The notes under the pieces are model-generated. The model saw only the letters and a program-made list of their open reading frames with translations, searched no databases and had not been told where the DNA came from. 64,000 bases of DNA from a virus, in IMG/VR virus record IMGVR_UViG_3300042235_000109, one strand, 5' to 3'. Below, piece by piece: positions 62,445 to 64,000 of this stretch (positions within the stretch are counted from its first letter, which is position 1; every line of letters begins with the position of its first letter). A program made the translations under genes and the position numbers.

Positions 62445-62686
62445 CGCGCGGCCTCCTGCTGCTCGATCCAGTCGATGAGCCGCGATTTCCGCGCGCAGAT
62501 CACGTTGCCCATGCGGAAGGTAGGCATCCGCACCTTGGCCTCGCTGGCGTAGTAGTAGACCTTCCGCCGCTCCTTAGCGTCGCCGAAGACGAAGATCGCG
62601 ATGGCGTCCGCGCCCCGCAGCAGATCCTCGGCCAGCGCCGGGCAAGCCTCTCCCGTGGCGGGTCCAGCCCGCATTTCCGTTTGCAT
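62441..62686 (-). CDS. Small DNA-binding protein (AlpA/excisionase-like)
   Basis: DLLRGADAIA...P.FRMG..ICARKS.L..WI. Confidence 0.75.
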   Translation of the reverse strand: MQTEMRAGPATGEACPALAEDLLRGADAIAIFVFGDAKERRKVYYYASEAKVRMPTFRMGNVICARKSRLIDWIEQQEAAR

Positions 62687-62697
62687 GTCCTGTCCTC

Positions 62698-63348
62698 CTA
62701 GCTGCGGATCAGCGCGCCCAGCGCGATGATCGTTCTGTGGCCGATGGCGAAGGTGATCATGGCATCCCCGCCAGCGGCGAAATCCTCCTGTTCAATTCGC
62801 TCCCGCTCCGGTCCTTCCGGGATGCCAAAGGTGGCGATCAGCACCGGCTGCGGTGGCGCCAGTTCATTGCTCGAGCCGCTCAAGGACACCGATGCCGTCC
62901 GGAACCGCCGCTCGACCTCGATCTTCATGAAGGGCAGCGCCACTCCGTCCAGGGCCTTGTGGAGCACCTCGTCTCGCGCCGCCGCGATCAGGCCCGACAG
63001 CATCTCCCCGAAGTCCCGGACGACAAGGAGACCGCGCATCGCCGGCGGAAGGGCCAGCCAGTCTTCCTCTTCCCCCTCCGCCGCGGCATCGCGGCAGTGA
63101 ACCGCCTCCATCGTCAGGCTGCGGAACCTACGCACGGCATCGACGGCATCCTTCACCTGATCGGCCGCCATGATCGCCAGCAACAGATTGGCGCAGTCAT
63201 CGGGCGTCATGTCGGCGGCGCCCGGCCCCCTACCTCCCGTGGAAATGAGCCTTTCCTGGCGCAGGGCGCGCGCGATCACCGCCACGGTCTGCTCGGGCAT
63301 CGGCAGAATGCGGGCGAGAGTGGGGATGAGATCGCTGAGCTTTGCCAT
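62698..63348 (-). CDS. Hypothetical regulator with N-terminal HTH-like region
   Basis: GGAG RBS; RALRQERLISTGGRGPGAADMT..D.ANLLLA. Confidence 0.6.
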   Translation of the reverse strand: MAKLSDLIPTLARILPMPEQTVAVIARALRQERLISTGGRGPGAADMTPDDCANLLLAIMAADQVKDAVDAVRRFRSLTMEAVHCRDAAAEGEEEDWLALPPAMRGLLVVRDFGEMLSGLIAAARDEVLHKALDGVALPFMKIEVERRFRTASVSLSGSSNELAPPQPVLIATFGIPEGPERERIEQEDFAAGGDAMITFAIGHRTIIALGALIRS

Positions 63349-63533
63349 CGCGGGCGGGGTCTCCTGAGCTTGTTTCGGACCATAAGTCCAAAACTTCTGG
63401 CGCACAAGAGGGTTTCGGAGTAAAAATCCTAAAGTGGACTCCACCCCGGTCGCTTTCGCCTCGCCAACTCGGCAAATGCATGGCAGCACGACAGGCTGAT
63501 CGGGCTCAACCCATTGGCAAAGCGAGGTAACCC

Positions 63534-64000
63534 ATGGCCACGATCCGGAAGCGAACACTGCCCTCGGGCCTCGTGCGCTGGCAGGTGGATTTCACCGACC
63601 AGGGCGGCAAGCGCCGCTCGAAGCTGTTCCCGCGCCGGAAGGATGCCGACGTCTATCTGGTGAAGGTCCGCTCGCTGGTCGCCAACAACACCTATCTGGC
63701 CGACAGCGAGAGCATCACGGTGGCCGAGGCCGCCAAGGCGTGGCTCGACCATTGCGAGGTGCGCTACAAGACAGGGCGGCGGATGGAGCGCTCGACGCTG
63801 CGCGGCTACAGCGACTATGTGCGGCTGCACATCAAGGATCCCGAGGTGGGGATCGGAGACAAGCTGATCGCCCACCTCACTCGCCGCCATGTCAACGAGT
63901 TCCGCGACCGGCTGCTGCTGAACGGGCGGTCCGAGCATCTGACCCGCCGCGCCATCTCGGTGCTGAAGCTGATCCTCGACCACGCCATCGACAACGGCCA
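63534..64000 (+). CDS. Tyrosine integrase, N-terminal part (runs off window)
   Basis: MATIRKRT..RWQVDF...GKRRSK arm domain, TVAEAAKAWL, core-binding region; GAGG RBS; absent from ORF track because no stop in window. Confidence 0.85.
   Translation, partial: MATIRKRTLPSGLVRWQVDFTDQGGKRRSKLFPRRKDADVYLVKVRSLVANNTYLADSESITVAEAAKAWLDHCEVRYKTGRRMERSTLRGYSDYVRLHIKDPEVGIGDKLIAHLTRRHVNEFRDRLLLNGRSEHLTRRAISVLKLILDHAIDNG

Noticed and set aside
63429..63983. 184-aa minus-strand ORF
   Set aside because: Shadow of the plus-strand integrase starting at 63534

Overview
High-GC alphaproteobacterial (Rhodobacteraceae-like, judged from protein families) DNA holding two phage-related elements in tandem, separated by a 3'-half tRNA-Met(CAT) fragment at 49053-49099 that looks like an att core. 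(1) 1-~49050: a near-complete temperate prophage, mostly on the minus strand. It has a P4-like integrase/AlpA early module, an HTH replication gene with internal iterons, a dual-frame C5 methyltransferase, a cos-like site, two ParB-MTases, a lambda-type head (terS, gpA, gpW, portal, S49, D, E), a tail with a G/GT -1 frameshift, an RcGTA-like baseplate and lysis genes. Cargo: Type I R-M with Fic, an exonuclease-BRCT/secreted-protein/TolA-like trio, Lrp-AzlCD, and LysR-LysE interrupted by an IS110 whose non-coding end carries readable bridge-RNA guides. An IS5/IS903-type element lies near the right end. (2) ~49100-64000+: a ~15 kb tail-less, lysis-less, capsid-forming satellite-like island with integrase, regulator, primase-helicase, cos, terS, gpA terL, an RsrI/EcoRI-like R-M pair, lambda-type portal, protease-capsid fusion, gpW, DUF2190 and an HTH-ParA pair. 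Its cos-like site and gpW are visibly homologous to those of the neighbouring prophage, suggesting a satellite-helper pair. Family assignments come from motif recognition by eye, not from database searches.
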